34,164 nt of DNA, taken from the NCBI GenBank assembly GCA_000697335.1, contig JNEM01013514.1, forward strand, positions 1 to 34,164, in the 5' to 3' direction. The DNA is from Conidiobolus incongruus B7586. Taxonomy: Eukaryota. This document shows positions 13,115 to 24,412 of this stretch, in pieces. Under the pieces are notes generated by a model, which was given only the letters and a program-made list of their open reading frames with translations, was not told where the DNA came from and made no database searches. Each line of letters opens with the position of its first letter. Position 1 is the stretch's first letter. A program made the translations under genes and the position numbers.

Positions 13115-13196
13115 TGCTTGTGATTACACCAATTCAATTGTCTAGACCATCTCATGGTAGATTACAATATTATAGACTACAACGGTATATGAAGCA
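13115..13196 (+). ncRNA. snR79: Box C/D snoRNA, snR79-like (guide for 18S rRNA Cm1007, yeast numbering)
   Basis: Terminal stem TGCT/AGCA; box C GTGATTA (13120-13126); box D variant ATGA (13189-13192); 15-nt guide AGACTACAACGGTAT (13174-13188) complementary to 18S AUACCGUYGUAGUCU; the D+5 rule points to the second C of AUACCG; internal D'/C'-like TAGA-CCATctcATGG-TAGATTA. Confidence 0.8.
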
Positions 13197-13201
13197 TCTA
13201 A

Positions 13202-13207
13202 TTTTTT
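13202..13207 (+). terminator. Pol III T6 terminator of the tRNA-like/snoRNA unit
   Basis: TTTTTT 5 nt after the snoRNA terminal stem; first run of more than 4 T after the A box. Confidence 0.65.
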
Positions 13208-13331
13208 ATATTTTATTTTGTGATTGTAAGGGATAATCAACCCAAAATTTAAACATTATGATTTTTTGTATTTCAATTGATAAATTTAATCAAATCTGAT
13301 GTCAAACTTATTAAATTATAAATCACCAACA

Positions 13332-13334
<3 letters not shown>

Positions 13335-13367
<33 letters not shown>
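13335..13367. repeat. (AAT)n microsatellite abutting the ankyrin gene start codon
   Basis: About 11 AAT units read directly. Confidence 0.9.
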
Positions 13368-13369
<2 letters not shown>

Positions 13370-14366
13370 AACATAAGAGATTTATAACTAGATGTTCCAG
13401 TGCTGAAACATCAAATAATTTCTCCAAAAAGTTAGGACCCAATGAAGGATGTGACAATATTCTCAGAAAAAAATTAAACCCAGCTCAGTTAAAAATGAAA
13501 CATGCTGACAATCTCTTAAATTTTTATTTGAAAGAGGGTACTATTTATGATAATATTTTCATCGCTGCTAAGGATGGAGACGCTGAATATTGTAATATAA
13601 TCTTGTGTAATATTTATTGATGATATATTGAGATAATTTTCAATAGTAAGAACTTATTTTAATTTGGGAGGCAACGTGAACCAACCGGATGCTTCTTCGA
13701 GAACTTGTCTTCATTTAGCATGTTGTAACGGTCATATTGAAGCGGCTCAAGTTTTAATTCAGCTTGGAGCTGATGTGAACAAGCAGGATGCTAATGGAAA
13801 TACTCCTCTCCATCTGGGTACTAAATTTAATAACAAAAATACCTGATTATTGATAGTATTATATTAGCTATTATTTGTAACTATTTCTCTATCGTTGCAT
13901 TATTATTAAAGAATGGTAAAATGATTAATTATTTGATTTAACATAAAATTTAATTTTATTAGGAGCTCAAACTACTTATGAAACCGATAAAAATGGAGAA
14001 AGTCCCAAACTTGCATCACCTCTATCCATGGCAATGACAAGAATAAGAATGCTGAAAAAGCAATCCAAGTCTCTTTTAATTAATCAAGCTAACAATTTGA
14101 AGCAAATGGAAGATATTTTAGAGATTTTGAAATTCTTTAGTTCTATGCAAAATATTAGCCAATCAACTGATGATAATAGTAACGCCAAACCGGATGAAGA
14201 TGATCAATCCATTATGAATTCATTGACTAAAATGACAGAGAAATTGAGTTTGACGAAACAGAATATGATGAATGGCACAGGAGATCAGACGACAGAGAGT
14301 TCAAATGAATGGGAGGATTTATTAAATGAGACAGATCAATTGATGAATAAGATCACTTTGAATTAA
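13366..14366 (+). CDS. Ankyrin-repeat protein, ANKRD54-like, 4 exons
   Basis: Ankyrin repeats RTCLHLACCNGHIEAAQVLIQLGADVN, GNTPLHLAIICNYFSIVALLLKNGA; helical C-terminus; three GT-AG introns join the ORF pieces in frame. Start codon less certain. Confidence 0.8.
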
Positions 14367-14736
14367 AATCCAGCAAAATTCACCTACGAATCAATATAAT
14401 TCAATCAATTTCACCAATATATGTATTATAAGTATATACATCAATAACTTCACTCAGAAATAATATAATTCAATGTTATACCATTATATTAAGCTATTTT
14501 TGTAGCTTAATTTCATTATAACAAACATCGACATTTATTACATTTTAATGATTCATATACTCTATTTATTTTAAACATTAATAATAAAATTAATAAAACA
14601 ATGACAGACATTACTAATGAAATAATTCTTCAATTAACTTTGGATACTTCAATAATAAAATGGTATAATGATATAATAGTATTTATTGTATAATCCTTTA
14701 ATACTTGATAGCCTATATTAATGATTGCCCAATAAT

Positions 14737-16819
14737 CTATAATTTGTTACTAGCCAACACTGATTGTAAGAATCCAAAGTTAAGAGGGAAATAAATTAAT
14801 TTAACTACAGAACCAATCCATGCGTTGCCATGGCGAATATTCCAATTGATCAGTGCCATAATATCAGTCATATCTTGTTTCAGTACCAATGCAATGATGA
14901 TCATGAGGACTGGAGGTGAGAGAGCAACTAAGAGAACTGCTACTAACAATCGGAAAATAATGGATCTGAAAGGAGACAAGTGAGTGATGACAACATAAGG
15001 CAAAGTCAATAAACTCAATACTAGTGCTAAACCAAAATTGAGAGTGGAAAGACAGAGTGTGGCTATTGAAGTAATAATCAAAAGCATTAATTGATATTGT
15101 AAAAATTGAGGAGAGCTAGTAGAATATAGTGGAGGAAGTAACTTGGCTTGAATAGCATAGATCACTGGGAGAATAAATATCTATAAAGTGCAAAATGAGT
15201 AAATGAGATCGATTATAAATTAATTGCGACTTACTCCTAAATTGTTTAATTTTACAGCATATTTTGTCATCAATAGATAAGATGACCAGCCCATTAATTG
15301 TGTGGCAGTAAAGAGCAGAAATGGTTCAAAGTAATGATAGAACCCAAGAGTGGTTCTAGGCTTAAGGTCAGAGAACTTGAGATGCAATTTGGACAAAATA
15401 ATCATCGAATATATAAGTGGTATGGCACCAAGGATTCCGACGACGGGAAGATACATTTGCAAAGATACAAATTCATTGTAAGACAGCATGATATAGAAAT
15501 TATATGAATGATGTAATCTTTCCAACAGATTATTGTAACTGCGAAAGGCCTCTTCAATGAGGATTCCAATCTCCATCCATCCAAATGAAGAAGATGGGGT
15601 GGGGACACCTACGAGTGAGACACCATGGATATCGTAAGTTAGAAACAATCCACTAGGCTTTGTGGGAATAGTAGTTGCTTGAATACCGAGCTGAGTGAAC
15701 ATACATGCTAGTCGACTCATGTAACCTTCAGGCTGGGAATTAGGATGCACACTTGTCTTGGCGCGGAAGTCCTCACCAATCTTTTGAAGAGTTGTAATGA
15801 CATCCAGATTGGGTAAATGCCCATTGAGTCCCTCATATACAATTTGGATTGATTCGTAGTGATCTGAGCTAGGAGGAAGATCCAATTCCAATGCGATCTG
15901 AATGTATCCGGATCGGAGCTCAAGAGGCTCTGTACCTTCTTCGCCATGGTAACGACTCAGCCACTGATGAAGTCCTTTATGGTGATGTTGAGTGAACAAA
16001 AATATAACATCCTTTGCCCAAAATGTTGATTGTTTGAATTGATGTGCGATAGATAATAACATAGCAACACCATTGTGATTACCCTGAGCTAGAGTGACTA
16101 AATTAGCTATTGCATTAATATATATTTTAATAAATTTACTGGATGGCAAAGATTCCCAATCAGCATTCAACAACAATGCCTCGGTTCCATCTGATTTCCA
16201 AGCTCTTAGAATTCCATAAGTGTTAATTCCCTCAATATCCTATTCGAAATAATAATATAAAATAGATCATAAAATAGCCGAAAAAAGAAGCATACCTCTG
16301 ATCCATCTGAACTCTTAATAATAAATTTTTGTTGAGCAGTTTCTATACCGAGAGCTTGAAGTTCTTGGACCAAGTGATCAGAATAACTATACAAGATAAG
16401 TATTATTTCAAGTTAATCAAAATATAAATTACTATTGCGGTCCTTTTAATTTGAGATTCCTTAAAATTTTACTTTGGCTTTCAGCATAACGAACTTTGGA
16501 TGGTGAATAATAAGCATAAGCCTATAAAAAATTAATAAAATTCCAAATTAATAATACAGTCTGAACTTACAGAGCTGGGCAACAGAGCATTTTCTGAAAT
16601 GTAAATATTTTTAATATATTGTTCTGAAGGTAATATAAACAGCCAACTTATTCCCACAATAAACAGTATAAAACTATTAACATTGATTAATAAATATGAG
16701 AGAATAAATACATATTAATTGTACCTGATTGTGAGTGGTAATTTTTGGATTCTTTTAAGTATTCCCTCCAAAATTGAGCCAATTTTTTGCCTTACTCTAC
16801 TTTTATCAATTAAGGCCAT
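14737..16819 (-). CDS. GAA1: GPI transamidase subunit Gaa1, multi-exon
   Basis: YISENALLP, FWAKDVIFLF, YEGLNGHLPNLD, EEAFRSYNNLLERLHHSYNFY motifs; C-terminal multi-TM region with LNFGLA; ATG at 16819. Confidence 0.92.
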
Positions 16820-17129
16820 AGATTTTAATTGTATTAATGTTTAAATATGTTAAAATAAATTTGACTAATAATAATATAAAAAATCAAATTAATTCAAGGA
16901 AAATTTTTGAATATTAATAAAAAATAAAAGAGTGACGTGACTTGAATTATTAAATTAAACTAAAATGACACGAAATTTATGGGTTGGTAGTTGCAGGATA
17001 TGAAAGAAATAAATAAAATATTAATTGAACTAAAAGTATTCAAAATCCATATAAAAGAACTAAGTATTATCATCGACTAGTTTGATCTTTCTTATTAATT
17101 TTCTTTTAGTCGATTGAAACATATATCAG

Positions 17130-17924
17130 ATGAGTACTAGAGAGAAACTTTTGGCACTCGCTGCGAAACGTAAGGCTGAGAGAGAGGCAGAAGAACCCAA
17201 GCCTAAATCGAAGCCCAAGCCAAAAGCCCCTGCGTCACGACCTATTGCTAAGCCTTCTTCCGCTTCCAGATCTTTTAATTCGAAACCTTCTTCTCTTTCC
17301 GGATCATATTCCAAATCTTCTTCAGTTGCAAGATCACATATTTCCAAGTCAAGGTAGGCTTAAATTTCTTTATTACTATGAATCGTATTTTAACATTGGG
17401 TAGATTTGCTTCTAGCGATTCTGCCCCGCGTTCCAGATTCACCAGGGAAGATGAATATGATTTAGATGATGGATTCGTTGTGGATGATGACGAAGTCGAA
17501 GAAGGTAAATGATAATTAGTTTTAAAAAAGGAGTTGAAAATTAATCATAATTTTAGAAATGGATTCGGATGAAGGTGATTCAGATGAATTATCCGAGGAA
17601 GAGGTAAGACCCAAAAAGAAGAAGAAGGTAAATATTAAAATGGTAAGATGTCACTTTGGTAAATCTAAACCTTTGGTAGGAGTCTTCAAGCTCTTCGAAG
17701 AAGAAGAAGAAATCCAAATCACATAGCGACTCTGAAGACTCTGACGAAGATTTATCTTCAGTCGAAGAAGAGGAATTCGATGGTAATGCTGATACATACA
17801 ATATTTTCAATACTTATTTTTAATATCAATTGTAGAGGATGATCCTGCAGGTATTGACACATCCAATATTATTGAAGGTGGCCGCAGAACTAGAGGGGTT
17901 CGACTTAATTTCTCTGGCTTATAA
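17130..17924 (+). CDS. CHZ-motif histone H2A.Z/H2B chaperone-like protein (Chz1/HIRIP3-like), 5 exons
   Basis: Basic/Ser-rich N-terminus, acidic tracts, C-terminal IDTSNIIEGGRRTRGVRLNF matching the CHZ motif; four GT-AG introns keep the frame. Confidence 0.75.
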
Positions 17925-18881
17925 AATTACAACGTTGATTGATCTCTGTTTCCGAAGACTACTCAATTAACTAGACATTATCATTATGTCTAATTAACAT
18001 GTACACTGTATTCATTCCCTGTTTGATATAGTTTATTCCCTGTAAAATTTGATAAGTCGCATTTATAGCATTGGAATATAACAGATATCAACATAGATTA
18101 AATTCTGATTTATTATTTTAACGATATACAATATAAAAATAACCTATATAGATTTTTATAAAATATATATTATAGCACGATATTTTAATACAATTTGGCC
18201 AATTCAACATTGTCATAATAATTTATATATATATATATATATCATATCACATTAATTATAATATAATTTTCACTCACAAATATATCTAGGAAAATTTCAC
18301 TTTTATAAAATTTGTAAATTTTTAAATATAGATTTTGTTGAAATGATAAGTTTTGAAAATGCAACTACTAAAAATTGCTGCAATTCCTTAATTGATTAAT
18401 TATATAGGATGTTAAAAATCGTATATAATCTTCGTGTATTTGATGATAAACTATTTCGAGGTTATTAAACTTAATAAGGATAGTGTAAAAATGAATTAAT
18501 AATGTACTGATTACAAATTTTTAATTTACGTTCTAATATACTCAATTAAATACATGCTTTATATTAAATGATGATGAGGCCATTTTGCTCAGATTTATAA
18601 ATAATTAAAACTTTTTCAATACACTGAATAAATATAAAATTATATAAATATACCATTAATGTTGTATTATAATATGATATGTAATATTCTTTCAAGGAAA
18701 AAATTAAAATAATTTAGATTTTGAATTAAAGATATATTAGAAAACAATTTGAATTAAATGTCATTTACGTTTCTAATGTATATTAATTCAACAATGATAA
18801 AAAATTAAGATATGAATTAATGTTTAATCAAATTTATGCTGTGTAGAGAAAAATAATATTTGGAGAAGGGATCTGGTTTAA

Positions 18882-20490
18882 TTATTTAGACTTTCCAATG
18901 GATGGCTTCTTTGACATTTGCTCTCTCTGGGCCAAGAGGTTGTCAATTTCACGTTCTTCAGCTTCTAACTGGCGACGCTCAGCTTCAATCTCGGCCATGA
19001 GCTGCTTGCTCTTTTGGTGGAGCTGCTCTTCCTTCTCTCTAAGAGATGCTTCTTTTTCACGGACCATTTGGACAAATTTCTGGCGCATCTCCTCTTCCTT
19101 GCGAGTGAATTCATCGCTAGTATCCTCGGTTTGTGGAACGGTCTTGCCATCATAACCATCATCACATTGAAGAACTGAGGGAGGGCGTCCATTCTTGCGC
19201 ATGACGTTGGCACGGTAAAGGGCGTAATGCTTATAGTGAGTGGTTTCTATAAGATCTTGGAGACAAGTATTCATGAGCATTTGTTGGAGATAGACAAAGT
19301 CATTATGTTCAGGATTGTCAACTTCAACAACACCCCATCTGTACTTTCTTCCGCGTACTTTCTCAGTACCATTGTCTACTAATGACTGACTACCCATAAC
19401 AGCGAATGGGACGTGCTGTTTCAAATCCTCTTTCAAATCATCCTCATCACAGTGATCAATGGAGTAGATTTTGATACCATTCAATTTGATTTGTTTCAAG
19501 ATCTTGTCCTTGACTTTTTGGCGTTCCTCAGCTAACATGGTATCGGCTTTGGCAATGACGGGAATAATATTTACTTTGTCGGAAAGCTCCTTAAGAGCTA
19601 CAATATCTAATTGACGTAAACTAGTAGCGCAAATCATCAGTTAGAGACAAAAATTAATAAATTTTAAATTTATACCCATAACCAGGTGAGATAAAGTAAA
19701 GAACAGCATGAACACGGGTATCAGGGATAGCTTTACGGAAAGTTTTCTTATTTTCTTCATTCAAATAGTTTTCGTATTGAGTATCGATATAATCCAAGAT
19801 AGGCTGGAGACTAAATATTTAAGTTAATTTAAGCAGAAATAATAAAGATGAAGAAGTATACTTTTTTTCACGGTTGAGTTGATCACCAAATCCTGGAGTA
19901 TCAATAATAGACAAATGTAAAGTAACATTATCTTCCTTTAATTCTATACAATAAAATTAAATTCAAGCAAAATTGTATTAATCTTTTTTGAAATACCAAA
20001 ATGGGCTGGATTAACAGTAACCTGAGTAGTTTTTTGAGGATATTTAGGTACAATTTTTTCAGTTAAATCTGTATTAAATAAGGTATTCATGAATGTAGTC
20101 TTCCCTAAACCAGTTTCACCTAAATAATGTTTTAATCTCTGAGATTTCATTGACATAAATAATAATTTACCCATAACCAAAATATTAAACACGAAAGGAG
20201 TTCTACCGATTCTGACGCATCTTTGCTTAGGCAAGACATCAACCCCCAAAGTGTCCTTAAGCACAGCTTGAATGGGAGTAGCAACTTTCCAAGGTCCCAA
20301 ATCAGGATTTTTTCCTCTATAAGAAATTGATTATTATCGTGATGAGCTAATCATTTTAGCAACAATGTCACCTGTGTTGTAAAGCGTATTCCTAATTATT
20401 ATAAATCAAGAATTATAGTTAATAAAAGTAACTAAATTTAATTTTTGAAATGTATACAATATATATTAATGTTCAACTTACCAAAGGCAT
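18882..20490 (-). CDS. Septin GTPase (Cdc3-like) with C-terminal coiled coil; starts with 9-nt and 20-nt coding exons
   Basis: G1 GETGLGKTT, G3 DTPGFGD, G4 AKADT, RGRKYRWGVVEVDNPEHNDF, coiled coil EEEMRQKFVQMVREKE; exon1 20482-20490, exon2 20372-20391. Confidence 0.9.
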
Positions 20491-21920
20491 ATTGAATTAT
20501 TTTAAAGATTATTAAATTGAATAATTATGAATGGAATAAGTGACTCAAAACTCATTTTTCTTTCAACCTTAAAATTTACTAGTCACCCAATCATTCGTCA
20601 ACATTGATTGGTTAATTGTTAAATTAATAAAATACCAATAAATAATAAAGACAATACTTCGAAATATAAAGATAGTAATACTTCCTCATGTTATGGGCCT
20701 TATAATTCAATTTCCAAAATATATAGTTGACTTAATTCTAATTATAATTTCCATATATGTTAACTTTAATAGTATATATCTTGTCCAAGTTTTTAAGCTA
20801 GTGCTTATTATGATAATTTACTTGAAATAATAGAAAAAATCAGTTAGTACAGTAAAATGTTCTAATATCTCGATGATTTTATTATAACTATTTAAATATT
20901 TCAAAATCATTGTTATAAAAAGCAACCAATCTCTAGATTCACTTTTTTGATGAATCAAGTGTTATTATCAATATCATTATATGTTTATAATTAATATAAA
21001 ATGCTTAATGAAAATTATTTTATAACGATTTAAAAATTTGAATTTACATAATATTCTATTAAAACATGATAAAAATTATCAATTCATTTAATTAATTCTA
21101 ATTTAATTATAATACTTGAACACATATTAATTATTATTTCTTTCTAGAAATAATAATAGTCTTATATACCTCCGTACATGGTTATTATATAATTTTTGTA
21201 TGGAAATTATAATTGAATTACATATTATGTATCTAATAGTATTTGCAAAGCTAATGAATTATGTTTATGCAATTTCATCATGATCAAAAGGATATAGCTA
21301 AAATTTGTTAATATTTTCGTATATAGAAACCTTTTATTAATAATGAATTGCTTAGTGAAATTATTGGAAGTTAGCAATTTCTAGATTCTGGTAAATTAAT
21401 ATACATTAATTCTATCTAAATATTAATTATATATAGACGCTGCGTTTTTGTAAAAATTCTAAGAAATAATATTTATATGAAACTTCTAGATTTAAAAGAT
21501 ATGCCTACAAAATTTTTGCCTTTGAGCAATATATTTTATCCAAAGATATTTTAAATTATAAATTATAATAAGATAGTATGAATATCAAAATTATATAAAA
21601 ACAAATAACATTTTGGTCTGTTATTCATTTGTTTAAATCACAAAATATAGAGATATCCTTTCTTTGAAAAGTTTCTAATATTTATTAGTTTTAACAATTG
21701 ATTACATACAACTTTAGAATTGATTAAATTATGATTAAACTTTATATATATAAACAAAATAATATCTGATTAAATTTATTATCTAATCCCATAAAAATTT
21801 ATCAATATTATTGTTTGCAATGAAATTATAAATAATCTCAAATGCAATTAAAAATTATAACGATTCAATCAAAATAATTATTGTTCATTTATTTAAATTT
21901 TTACATATTTATAGTAAGAT

Positions 21921-22735
21921 ATGGCCGAACACTTAGCTTCAATTTATGGCACAGAAAAAGACAAGTAATAATAATTTCAATTTATCACTTAATATTAATA
22001 ATTTATTAACCTGTATTTAGAGTTAATTGTTCCTTCTACTTCAAAATCGGAGCCTGTCGTCATGGAGATCGTTGCTCGCGTAAGCATGTTCACCCAAATT
22101 TTTCCCAGACTATACTTTTGCCAAATGTCTACCAAAATCCTACAATCAACAATCCTAATCCAATCTCTGAAAAAGATCTCCAAGAGGATTTTGATATGTT
22201 TTATGAAGATATGTTTATTGAACTTAGCAAGTATGGAGAATTAGAAGAAATGAATATTTGCGATAACATTGGTGACCATTTAGTAGGTAATATTTATGCG
22301 AGATATAAATATGAAGAGGATGCTGGTAAAGCAGTTGAGGATTTGAATGAAAGATTTTTTGCAGGTAATTTTATTAAAGATGTGATTATAATAATGCGTC
22401 ATTAACTAATTAATCATTTAGGTCGTCCCATGTATGCTGAATTATCTCCTGTTACTGATTTTCGCGAAGGTAATAATAATTATTTTTTACTTTGTTATAT
22501 TTACTGATTTTCGTCAGCATGCTGTCGTCAATATGAAAATGGAGAATGTACACGTGGAGGTTTCTGTAACTTTATGCATTTGAAACATCCAACTCGCGAG
22601 CTAAGAAGGGAATTGATGATTGCTCAAAGAATGACACTTAGAATGAAAAGAGAAGAGAAACATAAAGCAAGTCGCAGCAGAGATCGCAGCCACAGCCCTA
22701 ATAATCGCTCTCGCGATCGTGGCTATGACCGCTAA
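21921..22735 (+). CDS. U2AF1: Splicing factor U2AF small subunit (U2AF35/U2AF23), 4 exons, 217 aa
   Basis: Exons 21921-21964, 22021-22364, 22422-22469, 22518-22735; [37 protein letters not shown], UHM domain, second CCCH finger, short RS tail. Confidence 0.97.
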
Positions 22736-24412
22736 TAACTCTGCTAAATAGTATTATACCTCTTATTCATTTTTATATCTATTTTTAGATTTTAATGGAA
22801 CTATTTACATATGGATTTTACATTAAATGTATCTAATTCATCTAATTCATCTTTTATTTATTCTCATTTTAACTCATAGCTTAGACATCACAGAGATCTT
22901 ATATTTATTTAGATTCGTTTTTATGGCATATTAAAATCATTAAACCGTCCTTATTCAAGTTAAATATTAGTAATATTTGATCATTAATTTTTAGATATTT
23001 CAACTTTCTTTTCGTAATTTAATGCATATTTGTTTTGACCTCAGGTATTTTTAATCATATCACTCAGCACATTTCACTTACTTGACATTCATGTCTTTCT
23101 TTTTAGGACAAATTTTTAATATGAAGTCTAATTAAGATTTCAATAATTAATTAATTAATTAATTAATACTATTATAGATAATAGATTTATTTCATATAAT
23201 ATATAATACTTCGAAAGAAAACAACCTTTATCATTAAGATATATTTTATTATTTTAGCTTTTCCATTAATTTTAGGATACAATCATATACCAGCTAAGAT
23301 ATTTATTATGAAATTATTCTTTATTATTCAATGATATTAACTAAGTTTATCAATATTTTATAGAAATGCTTAAAATGAACTCGCGAACAAATTACATTCT
23401 CCTTTTCATATTTTTTCATTATTAATTATTATTGTAACTCCATTATCAATTCTACTTATTCAGACTCAACACTTTCACTATAATATTTTAATTCAATTGA
23501 AATTATAAGTATATTTCGTTGTATCCTACTTGATATTAATCTATTCAATTTTTCCTTTTCGACAGAATAATTCGATTTAAAAAATTTAAAATGAAGGTAA
23601 GAAAATTTCAGTTTTATATTATAAAATACATTCGATTAGTTCGCTACATGTTAATGTTTAAATGTTTATTTTAAATACTAATAAAAATCCATAATTTATC
23701 CATTTTAACATTTTTAACTTATATTTGAATTTGTCTGTAAATAGTTTTTGTTTAACCAAAGTATTGAATTTCCAAAATTCGATTAATCAATTATGAATAT
23801 AGATATATAACTTTTAGGGATTTATTCGATAATAATATTTTGTTTTTATTAATTAATATTAAAATATTTGATAGAAATCACTCTCTGATTACTAAATTGT
23901 TTAAAAATCTTAATTTTTATAATTTTATGTTTCACTCAACTCACACATAACAATTGAATTATAATTATTGTATTGATTAAAATATTAATTGATTTTATGA
24001 CTAATATTAAGACTCAATTTTAATTTTAATTATGAAATGCTTTATTATTTTATGAAATTTGAGAAATTGAGTAAATATGTTGTTTAAAAAAGCTTTTCAT
24101 CATTGAGTATTATAAATTATAAATGTAAATTTATGAAATAACCACTTGATATAATGTTAATATATTTTAATTCAAACATTATAACAATATTTGATAAATG
24201 GTTTGTTTCCTCAATTATACTATGATTGAGATATATATTTTTAACAAAATGTATACAAAACTAAATAATAATAAATATACTCTTAAAATATTTTATACCT
24301 TGTATATGATAATGAATAAAATATTGTTAAATATGAACTGGTTTATCAAATTAAGTAATTTATATAATTTTACAATTTTCAAATTTATTATTATTACTCT
24401 ATATTTTTAATA

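Noticed and set aside
17966..17996. Hairpin TTAACTAGACAT..ATGTCTAATTAA in the CHZ-like 3' UTR
   Set aside because: AT-rich, no SECIS core or other known motif; could arise by chance.
22884..22895. CATCACAGA complementary to 18S, suggesting a snoRNA guide
   Set aside because: Only 9 nt and no adjacent C/D boxes.
24198..24410. 70-aa ORF
   Set aside because: F/I/N/K/Y-rich product of AT-rich DNA.
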